Positions 30,048 through 40,248 of a stretch of 64,000 nucleotides of DNA are shown one piece after another; position 1 is the first letter of the stretch, and every line of letters begins with the position of its first letter. Source of the DNA: Nanobdellota archaeon (lineage in GTDB: Archaea; Nanobdellota; Nanobdellia; Pacearchaeales; GW2011-AR1); contig JAKLDD010000001.1 in the NCBI GenBank assembly GCA_022703705.1, positions 2,657 to 66,656 of the forward strand, in the 5' to 3' direction. A program made the position numbers and the translations under genes. The notes below the pieces were generated by a model. That model had not been told where the DNA came from and did no database searches. It saw nothing but the letters and a program-made list of their open reading frames with translations.

Positions 30048-32744
30048 TTAATTTTTTCCATTAGGCTTATCTTTATATTTAAAAAATTTATAGATTTCTC
30101 CAAATACAAGAACAGAAGAACTAATTAAAATAACTAAACCCATCTCCTTAAAAGACAACGGAACAAATTCGAAGACTCTTGCTAAAAAAGGTATGTAAAG
30201 AACACACAAAAGTGCAATTACAGATGCTGATAATGCATAAATTACCCATTTATTTGAAAGAATTTTTATTTTAAAAATTGATTTATGCAGGGAACGCATA
30301 TTAAAAACATTAAAAAATTGAAAAAATGACATAGATACAAATGCAATTGTTCTTGCTTTATCTACCCCCTGATGAAGAAAATTATTAAACAAAGGTATTG
30401 TTCCAACAGCCATTAAACCTGCCATTAAAAGTAAGAAAAATACAAGTTCTTTATTTAGTATTTTTTCTTCTTTTTTCCTTGGAGGCTCATTTAAAACATC
30501 ATGATGTCCGGGCTCCATTGCCAAAGAGATTCCAGTAAATGCATCTGTTACAAGATTCAAGTAAAGCAATTGAATTGGAAGCATAGGGAGTGGGAGGCCC
30601 AAGGATAATGAAGAAATAATTGTAACATCTTCAGCAACATTAGTTGTTACAAGATAGAAGCTTGTTTGTCTTATATTTTGAAATACAACTCTTCCCTCTT
30701 CTATAGCATTTACAATAGAAGAAAAATTATCATCTGCTAAAACAATTTCAGAAGAATCTCTTGCAACATCTGTACCAATAACACCCATTGAAATTCCAAT
30801 GTCTGCTTTTTTAAGTGCAAGTGCATCATTAACCCCATCTCCAGTCATTGCAACAATTTCTCCTTGTTCCTGAAGAACTTCAACAATTTTTATCTTCATT
30901 TTAGGAGTCATTCTAGCAAAAATATTTGAATCTCTAACCGCATTTTTAAATTCTGTTTCATTCATCTTTCTCAATTCTTCTTCTGTAAATGCAGGAATTT
31001 TTCCCATATCCAACCCAATTTCTTTAGCAATCGCGATTGCTGTTTCTCTATGATCTCCTGTCTGCATTATAATCCTTATACCTGCGTTTTTTGCTTTTTG
31101 AACTGCTTCCTTAACTTCTTTTCTTGGAGGATCTTTCATACCAATTAAGCCAAGAAAAATCATTCCCCCAACAAGCTTTTCAGAAACAGAAGTTGTTCCT
31201 CTTGGAACATCTCTATAAGAAAATGCCAAAATTCTCATTCCTTGCTTTGCCAAATTAACTGCTTTTGTAAGCAGGATTTTTTTATCTTTATCTGTAAGAG
31301 TTATTTTTTTATCTTTATCCAAGTAATAAGAAGAGCGTTTCAAAATAGCTTCAAATGCTCCTACTGAAATTAAACTTTTTTTACCGCTTTTATTTTCTAC
31401 TAATGTTGCTCTGAATTTAAATTCAGAATTGAATGGCAAATCATCCAAGACCTTTTCAGGCATATTTTCTTTTTTTAAACCTGCTTTTTTAGCCAAAACT
31501 AAAAGAGAAACTTCTGTTGGATCTCCAACTATTTCATATTTTCCATCTTCTTTTATCAAAAGATTTCCTTTATTGCAAAGCGCAGATGAACCCAATAATC
31601 TTTTCAAAATTGGAAAAGATAGTGGATTTAATTCTTTGTTTTTCTGATAAAACTTTCCAATTGGTTCCCATCCATCTCCGCTCACTTCAAACTCTCCTTC
31701 AGAAGTTATTATTTTCTGCACTGTAATTGAATTTTTAGTTAAAGTTCCTGTTTTATCTGTTGCAATAATTGTAGCAACACCCAAAGTCTCAACTGCAGGT
31801 AGATGTCTTATGATTGCTTTTCTCTTAGCCATTCTTCTTGCACCAATTGCAAGAACAATAATTAACACAGCAGGCAAACCTTCTGGGATTCCTGAAACTA
31901 AAGAAGCAACTGTAAATAAAAACATATCAATAAAAGCCATTCCCCTTATGAAAAAACCAATTATGAATGTTAAAAGAGCTCCAATAACAGCAACAACTCC
32001 CATTTGCATTGATAGTTGAGCCACTTTTTTACTAAAATGTGTTTTTGGTTGAACAATTTCCTGGATGGATTTTGCAACTTGCCCAATTTGAGTTTTATTT
32101 GCAGTAAAAACCACAATTGCTTTTGCTTCTCCAGATACAACCATGGTACCCATAAAAACCATATTTGTCCTATCTGTTATAGAAGTGCTCTCTGGAAGAA
32201 TTTTTATATTCTTTTCTTGGGGGAATGATTCTCCTGTTAATGAAGCTTCTTGTGTTTTAAGATTATTAATTTCGATTAAACGAGCATCTGCAGGAACTTT
32301 ATCTCCCTCTTCTAAAAAAATAACATCTCCTGGGACAATTTGTGAAGAAGGAACTTTTATTAATTCACCATCCCTATAAACTTTTGCATAAGAAACAATC
32401 ATGGTTTTAAGGAGATTTATTGCTTTCTCTGCTTTTCTTTCCTGAAAAAAACCAACAATTGCATTTATAATTACAACAACAAAAATAACAATTGCATCAA
32501 CTAAATGATTAATTAAAATAGAAATTATTGTTGCAAAAATAAGAATATATACTAATGGGCTATGAAACTGCTTAAAAAACTTAAAAATTAAAGGTTTTTT
32601 CTTTTTTTCTGAAATTACATTCAAACCCCTCTCAGCAAGAACTCTTTTATATCTTTCAGTTGTTAACCCTTTTTCAGAGGAATTTAGTTCTTTAAAAATC
32701 TGGGATAGAGATTTTGAATGATGATTATTAGTCACCTCAACCAT
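30048..32744 (-). CDS. P-type cation-transporting ATPase (type II, Ca2+-ATPase-like)
   Basis: DKTGTLT phosphorylation site, TGDGVNDALALKKADIGISMG hinge, PEGLPAV in TM4; 898 aa. Confidence 0.9.
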   Translation of the reverse strand: MVEVTNNHHSKSLSQIFKELNSSEKGLTTERYKRVLAERGLNVISEKKKKPLIFKFFKQFHSPLVYILIFATIISILINHLVDAIVIFVVVIINAIVGFFQERKAEKAINLLKTMIVSYAKVYRDGELIKVPSSQIVPGDVIFLEEGDKVPADARLIEINNLKTQEASLTGESFPQEKNIKILPESTSITDRTNMVFMGTMVVSGEAKAIVVFTANKTQIGQVAKSIQEIVQPKTHFSKKVAQLSMQMGVVAVIGALLTFIIGFFIRGMAFIDMFLFTVASLVSGIPEGLPAVLIIVLAIGARRMAKRKAIIRHLPAVETLGVATIIATDKTGTLTKNSITVQKIITSEGEFEVSGDGWEPIGKFYQKNKELNPLSFPILKRLLGSSALCNKGNLLIKEDGKYEIVGDPTEVSLLVLAKKAGLKKENMPEKVLDDLPFNSEFKFRATLVENKSGKKSLISVGAFEAILKRSSYYLDKDKKITLTDKDKKILLTKAVNLAKQGMRILAFSYRDVPRGTTSVSEKLVGGMIFLGLIGMKDPPRKEVKEAVQKAKNAGIRIIMQTGDHRETAIAIAKEIGLDMGKIPAFTEEELRKMNETEFKNAVRDSNIFARMTPKMKIKIVEVLQEQGEIVAMTGDGVNDALALKKADIGISMGVIGTDVARDSSEIVLADDNFSSIVNAIEEGRVVFQNIRQTSFYLVTTNVAEDVTIISSLSLGLPLPMLPIQLLYLNLVTDAFTGISLAMEPGHHDVLNEPPRKKEEKILNKELVFFLLLMAGLMAVGTIPLFNNFLHQGVDKARTIAFVSMSFFQFFNVFNMRSLHKSIFKIKILSNKWVIYALSASVIALLCVLYIPFLARVFEFVPLSFKEMGLVILISSSVLVFGEIYKFFKYKDKPNGKN

Positions 32745-32794
32745 AAAAAATAATATTCAGCAAACCTTAAAAACCCTTTTATATCTATATTTTA

Positions 32795-33220
32795 GTAAGT
32801 CAGGTAGTTAACATCGGAGTTCAGCTCTTAAATGAGTAAATGTCGATAATATAACGATATTGAATTCTGAGGAAGGTCCGGACACCCTTAACAATTAGTT
32901 AAGAAAAAGTTGTTGGAGAAATTCCAATTGTCGCGAGGCAAAGCTCTGGTATAGAGACGAGCGTATTAAGTTACGGTGGAACGAGCATCTCAACTGGTGC
33001 AAGTCTAAATGACGCATAGTGGAATGTTAACACGAACTGTCTGTCTTGAAAAAGAAACAAAGTTCGACAGAATCTGGCCTATTCCTGACTTACAAAAGAC
33101 CCCTTCTGGTTTCTTTTGTAAACTTCCTCAAAGCACTGAAAAACAATTTCCAAATGCCTCCTGTGAAATTGTAGAAAATATTTTATTGAGCAGATTCAGA
33201 ATCCTATTCGTAATTCTGAA
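32795..33220 (+). ncRNA. rnpB: candidate RNase P RNA
   Basis: GAGGAAGGTCCGGACACCC at 32869-32887 resembles CR-I GAGGAAAGUCCGGGCUC; CGACAGAATCTGGCCTATTCC at 33065-33085 resembles CR-V ACAGAANCCGGCUUA, and the two can pair as P4. Multiple hairpins (CTTAAC..GTTAAG, TTGGA-GAAA-TTCCAA, CGAACT..AGTTCG) in an ORF-free region that is more GC-rich than the flanking sequence. The 3' boundary is uncertain. Confidence 0.5.
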
Positions 33221-33222
33221 GA

Positions 33223-33294
33223 TGGGGATCCCGGGAGTCGAACCCGGCACACCATGATCTTCAGTCATGTGCTCTCCCGCTGAGCTAGACCCCC
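33223..33294 (-). tRNA. tRNA-Phe (anticodon GAA)
   Basis: Reverse complement folds as GGGGGTC-TA-GCTC..GAGC-A-CATGA-CTGAAGA-TCATG-GTGTG-CCGGG-TTCGACT-CCCGG-GATCCCC-A. Confidence 0.85.
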
Positions 33295-33419
33295 AAGAAA
33301 CGGTGTTTCTAAAAAAACAAATATCGAGTGTTTTTTAAAACTATTGTATTAGAAAAATATTTCAAAACATTTATAAAACTAAATAGATTAAATTAAATAT
33401 ACTAATAAAAGAGGATAAA

Positions 33420-34010
33420 ATGAGAAATATTATCAAAAAAGAAAATAAAAGAGCTGCAATGGAGATGAGTGTTGGGACTATTGTAACAATTGTTTTATTG
33501 ATGGCTACCCTAGTTATTGGATTATATTTTATAAGTAAATTAAAAATTTTTGGGGGAGATGCTCTAGAAAATGTTAATAGCCAAATTCAAAATGAAATGA
33601 CAAAGATGTTCGAAGATGAAGGGGCAAAATTAGTTGTATATCCTTCTTCAAGAGAAATAACCTTAAAGAAAAAACAGGATACACCAAAAGGATTTGCGTT
33701 TGCAGTAAGGAATAATGGAGTTAGTACCAAAACATTTTCTTACGTTGTTTATGTTCAAGATGTTACAAATTGTGGTTCATTCACAAAACAAAAAGCAAAT
33801 TCTATTTTGTTGGGTGCTTCTGGAAGTTTCTCATTAAATTCTGGTGAAGATACTATTGATAATAAGGACATGGTTAAATTCTTGATGAATGAAGAAGTTC
33901 CATTATGTACCATGATATATAGAATAAAAGTATGTGAAGGAAATTCCTGCACAGAGCAAAGCACTCAAAATGTTTACGAATCAACAACAATATTTGTTAC
34001 AATTAAATAA
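33420..34010 (+). CDS. secreted or pilin-like protein with an N-terminal class III-like signal/TM segment
   Basis: Basic N-terminus KKENKRAAMEM followed by the hydrophobic SVGTIVTIVLLMATLVIGLY; function unknown. Confidence 0.4.
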   Translation: MRNIIKKENKRAAMEMSVGTIVTIVLLMATLVIGLYFISKLKIFGGDALENVNSQIQNEMTKMFEDEGAKLVVYPSSREITLKKKQDTPKGFAFAVRNNGVSTKTFSYVVYVQDVTNCGSFTKQKANSILLGASGSFSLNSGEDTIDNKDMVKFLMNEEVPLCTMIYRIKVCEGNSCTEQSTQNVYESTTIFVTIK

Positions 34011-34046
34011 ACCAATTTTTTTAAACTCCATTTTCTTGAATAATTA

Positions 34047-35375
34047 ATGGCTTTGAAATTGTATAACACTCTTACAAGAAAGAAAGAAATCTTCAAACCA
34101 ATTAAAAAAAAGAAAGTAAACATGTATGTTTGCGGCCCCACTGTAAATGATGTTCCACATTTAGGGCATGCCCGGGCTCAAATTACATTTGATGTTTTAA
34201 GAAGATATTTAATTTATTCTGGAAATAAAGTTCAATTTGTATCTAATATTACTGATATAGAAGACAAAATAATTAACAAGGCAAAAGAATTAAACGAATC
34301 GATAGAAAGCTTAACTAAAAGAAATACTTTAGAACATTTAGAAGATTATAAAAAAATAGGAGTAAACCCCCCAGATATTCAACCTAAAGCAACAGAATAT
34401 GTTAAACAAATGATTGAACTGATTAAATTATTGGATAATAAAGGATATGTTTACATTATTCCAGAAGATGGTGTTTATTATGATGTTTCAAAATTTAAAG
34501 AATATGGAAAGCTTTCTCATCAAAAAATAGAAAACTTAAAATCTGGTGCAAGAATAAAGTCCAAAGAGGAAAAGAAAAACAAAGAAGATTTTGTTCTTTG
34601 GAAATTTTCAAAAGAAGGAGAGCCATTTTGGGATTCTCCATGGGGAAAAGGAAGACCTGGATGGCATATAGAATGTTCTGCAATGAGCCATTCAATTTTG
34701 GGGTTGCCAATTGATATCCATGGAGGAGGGCAAGATTTAATTTTTCCACATCATGAAGATGAGATTGCTCAAAGTGAAGCAGGGTATGGAAAAAAATTTG
34801 CTAATTTTTGGATACATAATGGAATGGTAAATATTGACAAAATCAAAATGTCAAAATCTCTTGGAAATTTTAAAACAATAAAAGATTTATTAAATGAATT
34901 TCCTGGCGAAGTTATAAGATATTTTATAATATCAAACCATTACAGAAAACCAATTGACTTTTCAAAATCCGGACTTCAAGATGCAAACAATTCCTATGTT
35001 AGATTAAAAAATATTCTTTCTGAATTAAATGATGATAAAAAAATAAATTCAGAATATCTTAAAGAATTTGAAGATGCAATGGATGATGATTTAAACACTC
35101 CAAAAGCGCTTTCTATTTTATGGAGTTTATTAAGAGATAAACTTGCCTATGGAAAAATAAGAACAATAAGAAAAATGGATGAAAGTTTTGGATTAAACTT
35201 ATTAAAAAAAGAAAGAGTTGAAATTCCTGTAGAAGTTGAGAAACTTGCTAAAGAACGAGAAAAAGCAAGAAAAAATAAAGATTGGAAAAAATCAGATGAA
35301 TTGAGAGATAAGATTAATAAATTGGGTTTTATTATTAATGATAAAATTGATGGATATGAAATAAAAAAGAGATAA
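34047..35375 (+). CDS. cysS: cysteinyl-tRNA synthetase
   Basis: YVCGPTVNDVPHLGHAR (HIGH) and KMSKSLGN motifs. Confidence 0.9.
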   Translation: MALKLYNTLTRKKEIFKPIKKKKVNMYVCGPTVNDVPHLGHARAQITFDVLRRYLIYSGNKVQFVSNITDIEDKIINKAKELNESIESLTKRNTLEHLEDYKKIGVNPPDIQPKATEYVKQMIELIKLLDNKGYVYIIPEDGVYYDVSKFKEYGKLSHQKIENLKSGARIKSKEEKKNKEDFVLWKFSKEGEPFWDSPWGKGRPGWHIECSAMSHSILGLPIDIHGGGQDLIFPHHEDEIAQSEAGYGKKFANFWIHNGMVNIDKIKMSKSLGNFKTIKDLLNEFPGEVIRYFIISNHYRKPIDFSKSGLQDANNSYVRLKNILSELNDDKKINSEYLKEFEDAMDDDLNTPKALSILWSLLRDKLAYGKIRTIRKMDESFGLNLLKKERVEIPVEVEKLAKEREKARKNKDWKKSDELRDKINKLGFIINDKIDGYEIKKR

Positions 35376-35899
35376 TGAAAATCAAAGAAATCCTCTTAGG
35401 TATTGCAATAGCAATAATCTTCTTAATGTTCTGCGTATTTGGGATGAAATTAATTTATGATGCCCCTAAATATGAAGATTATTGTGATTATAACAAAATA
35501 ACTCCTGTTACATACGATAAAATAAATTTAAATGATTCTGAACTGCAAGAACAAGCACAAGCTCAACAGGAAGAATATGAAAAATGCTCTAAATTATATG
35601 ATGAAGCAAATAAAAACTACTCAAAAAATATGTTTATAATAAGTTTAATATTTGGAGTATTGCTTATTGCGGGTTGTACAATTTTTATAGAAATAAGCTC
35701 AATATCTGGAGGATTAATGTTCGGTAGTTTAATGTTTATTATATATGGTACAGGAAGATATTGGGATTATATGGATGATTTTATGAGGTTTATAATTGTG
35801 GGAATTGCATTAGGAATTCTTATTTATGTTGCTTACTGGACCAACAAAAGAATGAATTCTAAAAAGACAGATAAAAATAAAAAGTTGAAGAAAAAATAG
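35375..35899 (+). CDS. hypothetical membrane protein
   Basis: TM segments at the N-terminus and middle; basic C-terminus. Confidence 0.4.
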   Translation: MKIKEILLGIAIAIIFLMFCVFGMKLIYDAPKYEDYCDYNKITPVTYDKINLNDSELQEQAQAQQEEYEKCSKLYDEANKNYSKNMFIISLIFGVLLIAGCTIFIEISSISGGLMFGSLMFIIYGTGRYWDYMDDFMRFIIVGIALGILIYVAYWTNKRMNSKKTDKNKKLKKK

Positions 35900-35905
35900 A
35901 ATTCT

Positions 35906-36091
35906 ATGGAAGAAGAGGATTATCCTTTTTTTGATGAAGAAAATAAAAAAAGCAAGAAAAAAAATGACAAACCTACAACATTCAATCCAAAATGCAGATG
36001 CCCTGAATTAAAATGTCCAAGACATTCTAATTGTAAAGAATGTAAAGCATTTCATAATAAAAAATTAGAATTAACTTATTGTGGAAAATGA
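35906..36091 (+). CDS. small Cys-rich (zinc-ribbon-like) protein
   Basis: CRCPELKCPRHSNCKECKAFHNKK. Confidence 0.35.
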   Translation: MEEEDYPFFDEENKKSKKKNDKPTTFNPKCRCPELKCPRHSNCKECKAFHNKKLELTYCGK

Positions 36092-36135
36092 GAATTTAAA
36101 AACTAAAAGATTCTAATAATTTTAAGAGGTTAAAA

Positions 36136-37407
36136 ATGAAAAACAAATTTCTAAATTTAAATTATAAACCCAAGAAAACAGATGTTATTTGTCAATATAA
36201 AATAACTCCTGCAAAAGGATATAGTTTAAAAAAAGTTTCTGAAGAAGTTGCGGGGGAAAGTTCAATAGGGACATGGACAAGTATTGGAACAATGGATAAA
36301 AAAATTACTGAAAAATTGGCTCCAAAAATATATTATATAAGTGAAAAAGATAAAAGAGTCAGAATAGCTTACCCTCTTGAATTGTTTGAATTAGGAAATC
36401 TCCCAGAAATCCTTTCAAGTGTTGGAGGAAATATATATGGAATGAAATCAGTTAAAGGGATTATGTGGGAAGATTTGAGAATTCCTGAAAAAATGCTGAA
36501 AAGTTTTAAGGGACCTAAATATGGAATTCCTGGTTTAAGAAAATTAATGAAAATTCCAAAAAGACCCTTAATGGGAACAATAATAAAACCTAAGGTTGGA
36601 CTTGATGAAAAAAATCATGCAAGAGTTGCTTATGAAGCATGGATTGGGGGATGCGACATTGTTAAAGATGATGAAAATTTAACATCACAGAATTTTAATA
36701 ATTTTAAAAAAAGATTTTTACTTACAATAAAGGCGTGTAAAAAAGCAGAAAAAGAAACTGGTGAAAAAAAATTATATCTTGTAAATTGTACTGCTGAATC
36801 CGAAGAAATGAAAAAAAGAATAAAGTTTGTTGAAGAAAATGGGGGAAATTGTATTATGCTTGATATTTTAACATTAGGATGGGGGGCATTGCAGACTGCA
36901 AGAAATTTCACAAAACTTCCAATTCATGCACATAGAGCAGGACATGCAATGTATGATAGAAACCCAAATCATGGAATGTCTATGGAAGTTATTGCACAAT
37001 TAGCAAGAATGGTTGGAGTAGATACATTGCATATTGGAACAATATATGGGAAAATGACAGGAGACAAAAAAGAAGTTCTACATATACAAGAAGAAATTGA
37101 AACTCAATTTACTCCCAAAACAAAAAAGAATTTAGAACAAAGATGGTACAATATAAAACCTGTTATGGGTGTTGCATCTGGAGGAGTTTATCCTGGAATT
37201 GTGCCAAAGATGCTAAAAGCAATGGGAAATAATATTGTGATTCAGGCAGGGGGAGGAGTTCATGGACATCCGGATGGAACAATTGCTGGAGCAAAAGCAA
37301 TGAGACAAGCAATAGATGCGTTCATAAAAAGAAAAAGTTTAAAAGAATATTCAAATAATAATGAAGAATTAAAAAGAGCATTAGAAAACTGGAAAAAAAT
37401 AAAATGA
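36136..37407 (+). CDS. rbcL: ribulose-1,5-bisphosphate carboxylase large-subunit homologue (form III or II/III)
   Basis: VAGESSIGTWT, GGCDIVKDDENL and GGGVHGHPDG motifs; 423 aa. Confidence 0.85.
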   Translation: MKNKFLNLNYKPKKTDVICQYKITPAKGYSLKKVSEEVAGESSIGTWTSIGTMDKKITEKLAPKIYYISEKDKRVRIAYPLELFELGNLPEILSSVGGNIYGMKSVKGIMWEDLRIPEKMLKSFKGPKYGIPGLRKLMKIPKRPLMGTIIKPKVGLDEKNHARVAYEAWIGGCDIVKDDENLTSQNFNNFKKRFLLTIKACKKAEKETGEKKLYLVNCTAESEEMKKRIKFVEENGGNCIMLDILTLGWGALQTARNFTKLPIHAHRAGHAMYDRNPNHGMSMEVIAQLARMVGVDTLHIGTIYGKMTGDKKEVLHIQEEIETQFTPKTKKNLEQRWYNIKPVMGVASGGVYPGIVPKMLKAMGNNIVIQAGGGVHGHPDGTIAGAKAMRQAIDAFIKRKSLKEYSNNNEELKRALENWKKIK

Positions 37408-37721
37408 TAAAAAAATTAACAAAAGAACAGATACTTAAATTAGAAAGAATAAAACCTCAGGTAATACATGAAAGAGCAAAAAAAGAAGCCCATAGTTTTA
37501 AAAAAGAATTTAAAAAACAAATGAATACTGCAATATTAGCTGCTTTTGGTTTTTTAATTGCTCTTGTTTGGAAAGATGTTATAACTACGGCAGTAGAAAA
37601 AATATCTGATAAAGCCCCTTTCGGAGGAGCAATTGTAAGTGCTTTGCTTGTAACAACTATTTGTGTTGTTGGAATTATGTTCTTTTCAAGGATACTTAAA
37701 AATGAAGAAGATAAAAAATAA
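37404..37721 (+). CDS. small membrane protein
   Basis: 105 aa with two TM segments. Confidence 0.4.
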   Translation: MIKKLTKEQILKLERIKPQVIHERAKKEAHSFKKEFKKQMNTAILAAFGFLIALVWKDVITTAVEKISDKAPFGGAIVSALLVTTICVVGIMFFSRILKNEEDKK

Positions 37722-38181
37722 TCTAAAAAAAAGAAAATACAGAAAAGCTGTTTTTGGGGTTGTATACTCAAAAGACCCTCTTGGAAAAATCGAATATCTG
37801 ATTTTAAAAAGAAAAAAACATTGGAAAGGTTGGGAATTTCCAAAAGGGAAAATTGAAAACAAAGAAACAAAGAGGATAGCTGTAAGAAGAGAAGTTCATG
37901 AAGAAACAGGATTAAAAATTACAAGCATAAAATCATTCAATGAAAAAGGAAAGTATATTTATAAAAAAATATTAGCAGACAGGCCTAAAATTATTGGGCA
38001 AACTTATTCTCTTTTTGGAGTCCAAGTAAAAAAAGGAAAAGTAAAGATAGACAAAATAGAGCATAATGGGCATAGATGGGTTTCATTTGAAGAAGCATAT
38101 AAAAAATTAACTTGGCCAAATCAGAGAAAATGCCTTAAGATGATTAACAATTGGATAAAAGATAAGTCTAAAAATAAATAA
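37702..38181 (+). CDS. NUDIX hydrolase
   Basis: Nudix box GKIENKETKRIAVRREVHEETGL; start moved to 37702 to reduce overlap with the upstream ORF. Confidence 0.75.
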   Translation: MKKIKNNLKKRKYRKAVFGVVYSKDPLGKIEYLILKRKKHWKGWEFPKGKIENKETKRIAVRREVHEETGLKITSIKSFNEKGKYIYKKILADRPKIIGQTYSLFGVQVKKGKVKIDKIEHNGHRWVSFEEAYKKLTWPNQRKCLKMINNWIKDKSKNK

Positions 38182-38195
38182 TCTTTATTTTATTT

Positions 38196-38585
38196 ATGAA
38201 ACAAAGAGAAATTATCTTAAATTCTAAAACTAAAATACTTTTAGGAAAAAATTCTGAAGGTAATGACGAATTAATAGAATCTTATAAAGGAAGATCAAAT
38301 ATTATTCTTCACACAGCAAAACCCGGAAGTCCTTTTTGTGTTATTGATAAGCTCAAACCAACAAAAGAAGAAATAAAAGAAGCTGCAATTATATGTGCAT
38401 CAAAAAGTCAGGATTGGAGGGATAATAAAAAGGATGTTGCTTTGCATATTTTTACTGGAAAAGAGGTTCATAAGGAAAAATTAATGAAAATTGGGACATG
38501 GGGGTTGAAAAAAAAACCGAAGGTAATCATAATAAAAAAAGAGGAGATTGAAAATCTGTTAAAGGAGATTAAATCTAATTTATAA
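38196..38585 (+). CDS. hypothetical protein (possible NFACT-R/DUF814-like RNA-binding domain)
   Basis: SNIILHTAKPGSPFCV weakly resembles the DUF814 D.W.H...GSHV region. Confidence 0.3.
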   Translation: MKQREIILNSKTKILLGKNSEGNDELIESYKGRSNIILHTAKPGSPFCVIDKLKPTKEEIKEAAIICASKSQDWRDNKKDVALHIFTGKEVHKEKLMKIGTWGLKKKPKVIIIKKEEIENLLKEIKSNL

Positions 38586-39502
38586 TGTGGTTTGATGTAT
38601 TTGTAATTATTCTGGGATTGTGCGTATTTGAAATTATAACCAGTGTTGATAATGCAATAATCAATGCGCATGTTTTGAAAACCATGTCCCAAAAATATAG
38701 AAGAATATTTTTATTTTGGGGGATTTTATTTGCCGTCTTCGTTGTTAGAGGTGTTTTGCCATTTATTATTGTCTGGCTCGCAAATCCAACACTTAATTTA
38801 GGGGAGATAATTATATTAGCTTTCTCCCAGTCACCACAAATTGCAGAATATGCTTCTCAATCAAAAGCAATATTATTGGTCGGTGGAGGAACCTATTTAT
38901 TTTTAATTTTCTTTTCCTGGATATTTTTAGAAGAAAAAAAGTATGCATTTTCATTAGAAAAATTCATTCACAAACAATTTGTATGGTTTTATGCCTTCTC
39001 TTCTTTATTCCTAACAGTAATTGTTTATTTGTGTCTGAAATATAATTCAACTTTGGCATTCTCTGCCATAATTGGAGCAACAGCTTTTTTTATAACAGAC
39101 AGCTTCAAAAAGAATGCAGAAGAAAAAGGAAAATCCCTTTCAAATGAGAAAATAAGTGGGTGGAGCAAAATATTTTATTTGGAAGTTCTTGATATGTCTT
39201 TCTCAATTGATGGAGTTATTGGAGCTTTTGCATTCACTACTTCTGTTCTTTTAATAATAATCGGAAATGGTCTTGGAGCTTTTGTAGTTAGAAAATTAAC
39301 TATTAAAGGAATTGATAAAATATCTAAATATGCTTATTTAAAAAACGGTGCAATGTATTCTATAGGAGTTCTTGGATTAATAATGATCTTAGAAAGTTTT
39401 GGGCAAGAGATTCCTTTCTGGTTCTCTCCCCTAAATATGTTTTTAATTCTTGCGATATTTCTCTTCTTATCATATAGGGAGATTAAAAAAAAGGAAAAAT
39501 AA
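38585..39502 (+). CDS. TerC/DUF475-family integral membrane protein
   Basis: N-terminal EIITSVDNAIINA motif; about eight TM segments. Confidence 0.5.
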   Translation: MWFDVFVIILGLCVFEIITSVDNAIINAHVLKTMSQKYRRIFLFWGILFAVFVVRGVLPFIIVWLANPTLNLGEIIILAFSQSPQIAEYASQSKAILLVGGGTYLFLIFFSWIFLEEKKYAFSLEKFIHKQFVWFYAFSSLFLTVIVYLCLKYNSTLAFSAIIGATAFFITDSFKKNAEEKGKSLSNEKISGWSKIFYLEVLDMSFSIDGVIGAFAFTTSVLLIIIGNGLGAFVVRKLTIKGIDKISKYAYLKNGAMYSIGVLGLIMILESFGQEIPFWFSPLNMFLILAIFLFLSYREIKKKEK

Positions 39503-39560
39503 AGGGAAAGATTGATAAAGAAACATTAAAGATAAATACTTATAAAAGTATAAATAAAAA

Positions 39561-39836
39561 ATGCCTACAATAAGACAATTGCAATTAGGGAAAAACGGAC
39601 TTACAGAAGATTTTATCTGTAATCTTAAACATCACTTTGATAAAACCAAAAATGTAAAGATTTCTGTATTGAAAAGTTGTTGCAGAGATAGAGAAGAATT
39701 AAAGAAGATAAATGAAGAAATAATACAGAAACTTGGGAATCATTACACATCAAGAATAATAGGCTATACAATTACTGTCAAAAAATGGAGAAGAGAGATG
39801 AGAGAAGATATTGCAGAACAGGATATAAATCCTTAA
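39561..39836 (+). CDS. CRM-domain (YhbY-like) RNA-binding protein
   Basis: LQLGKNGLTEDFICNLKHHF...KVKISVL matches the YhbY IGKNGLTEGVLAEIEQAL..ELIKVKI region. Confidence 0.6.
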   Translation: MPTIRQLQLGKNGLTEDFICNLKHHFDKTKNVKISVLKSCCRDREELKKINEEIIQKLGNHYTSRIIGYTITVKKWRREMREDIAEQDINP

Positions 39837-39860
39837 AAATAAGAATAATTCTCTAGTGAG

Positions 39861-40199
39861 ATGTTAAAATTAGAATTAAAGGTTAATCATCTAGAAAAAA
39901 GTAAATTCAAAGAAATTTCAAAGTATCTAAACTCAGCAGAATTTCAAAAAGATTTTCCTCATGGACATTGGGAGAAAGGAAAAGGATATTCAGGTAAAAT
40001 ATTAACCATTACAGGAGAACCAATAGTTAAAACTACTACATATATAAATGTGACAATTAAATTAGCAGAAGAGGTTAGAGAAGATGAGGGGTTAGACTAT
40101 AGTATAATCAGAAAGAACATTAAAAAGTTAGGCAAACATTATAAAACTATAACAGGTATATTATTTTCTGGACCAGCAGATAATTTAAGATTTCAATAA
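39861..40199 (+). CDS. hypothetical protein
   Basis: 112-aa ORF with an AATAATTCT element 9-17 nt upstream. Confidence 0.4.
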   Translation: MLKLELKVNHLEKSKFKEISKYLNSAEFQKDFPHGHWEKGKGYSGKILTITGEPIVKTTTYINVTIKLAEEVREDEGLDYSIIRKNIKKLGKHYKTITGILFSGPADNLRFQ

Positions 40200-40248
40200 G
40201 GACACCCAATACTTTATAAACCCTCTTTAATCATAATTTTTAGGCAAA

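Noticed and set aside
33009-33257. 82-aa plus-strand ORF
   Set aside because: It overlaps the candidate RNase P RNA and runs into the tRNA-Phe gene. The sequence there is better explained as structured RNA.
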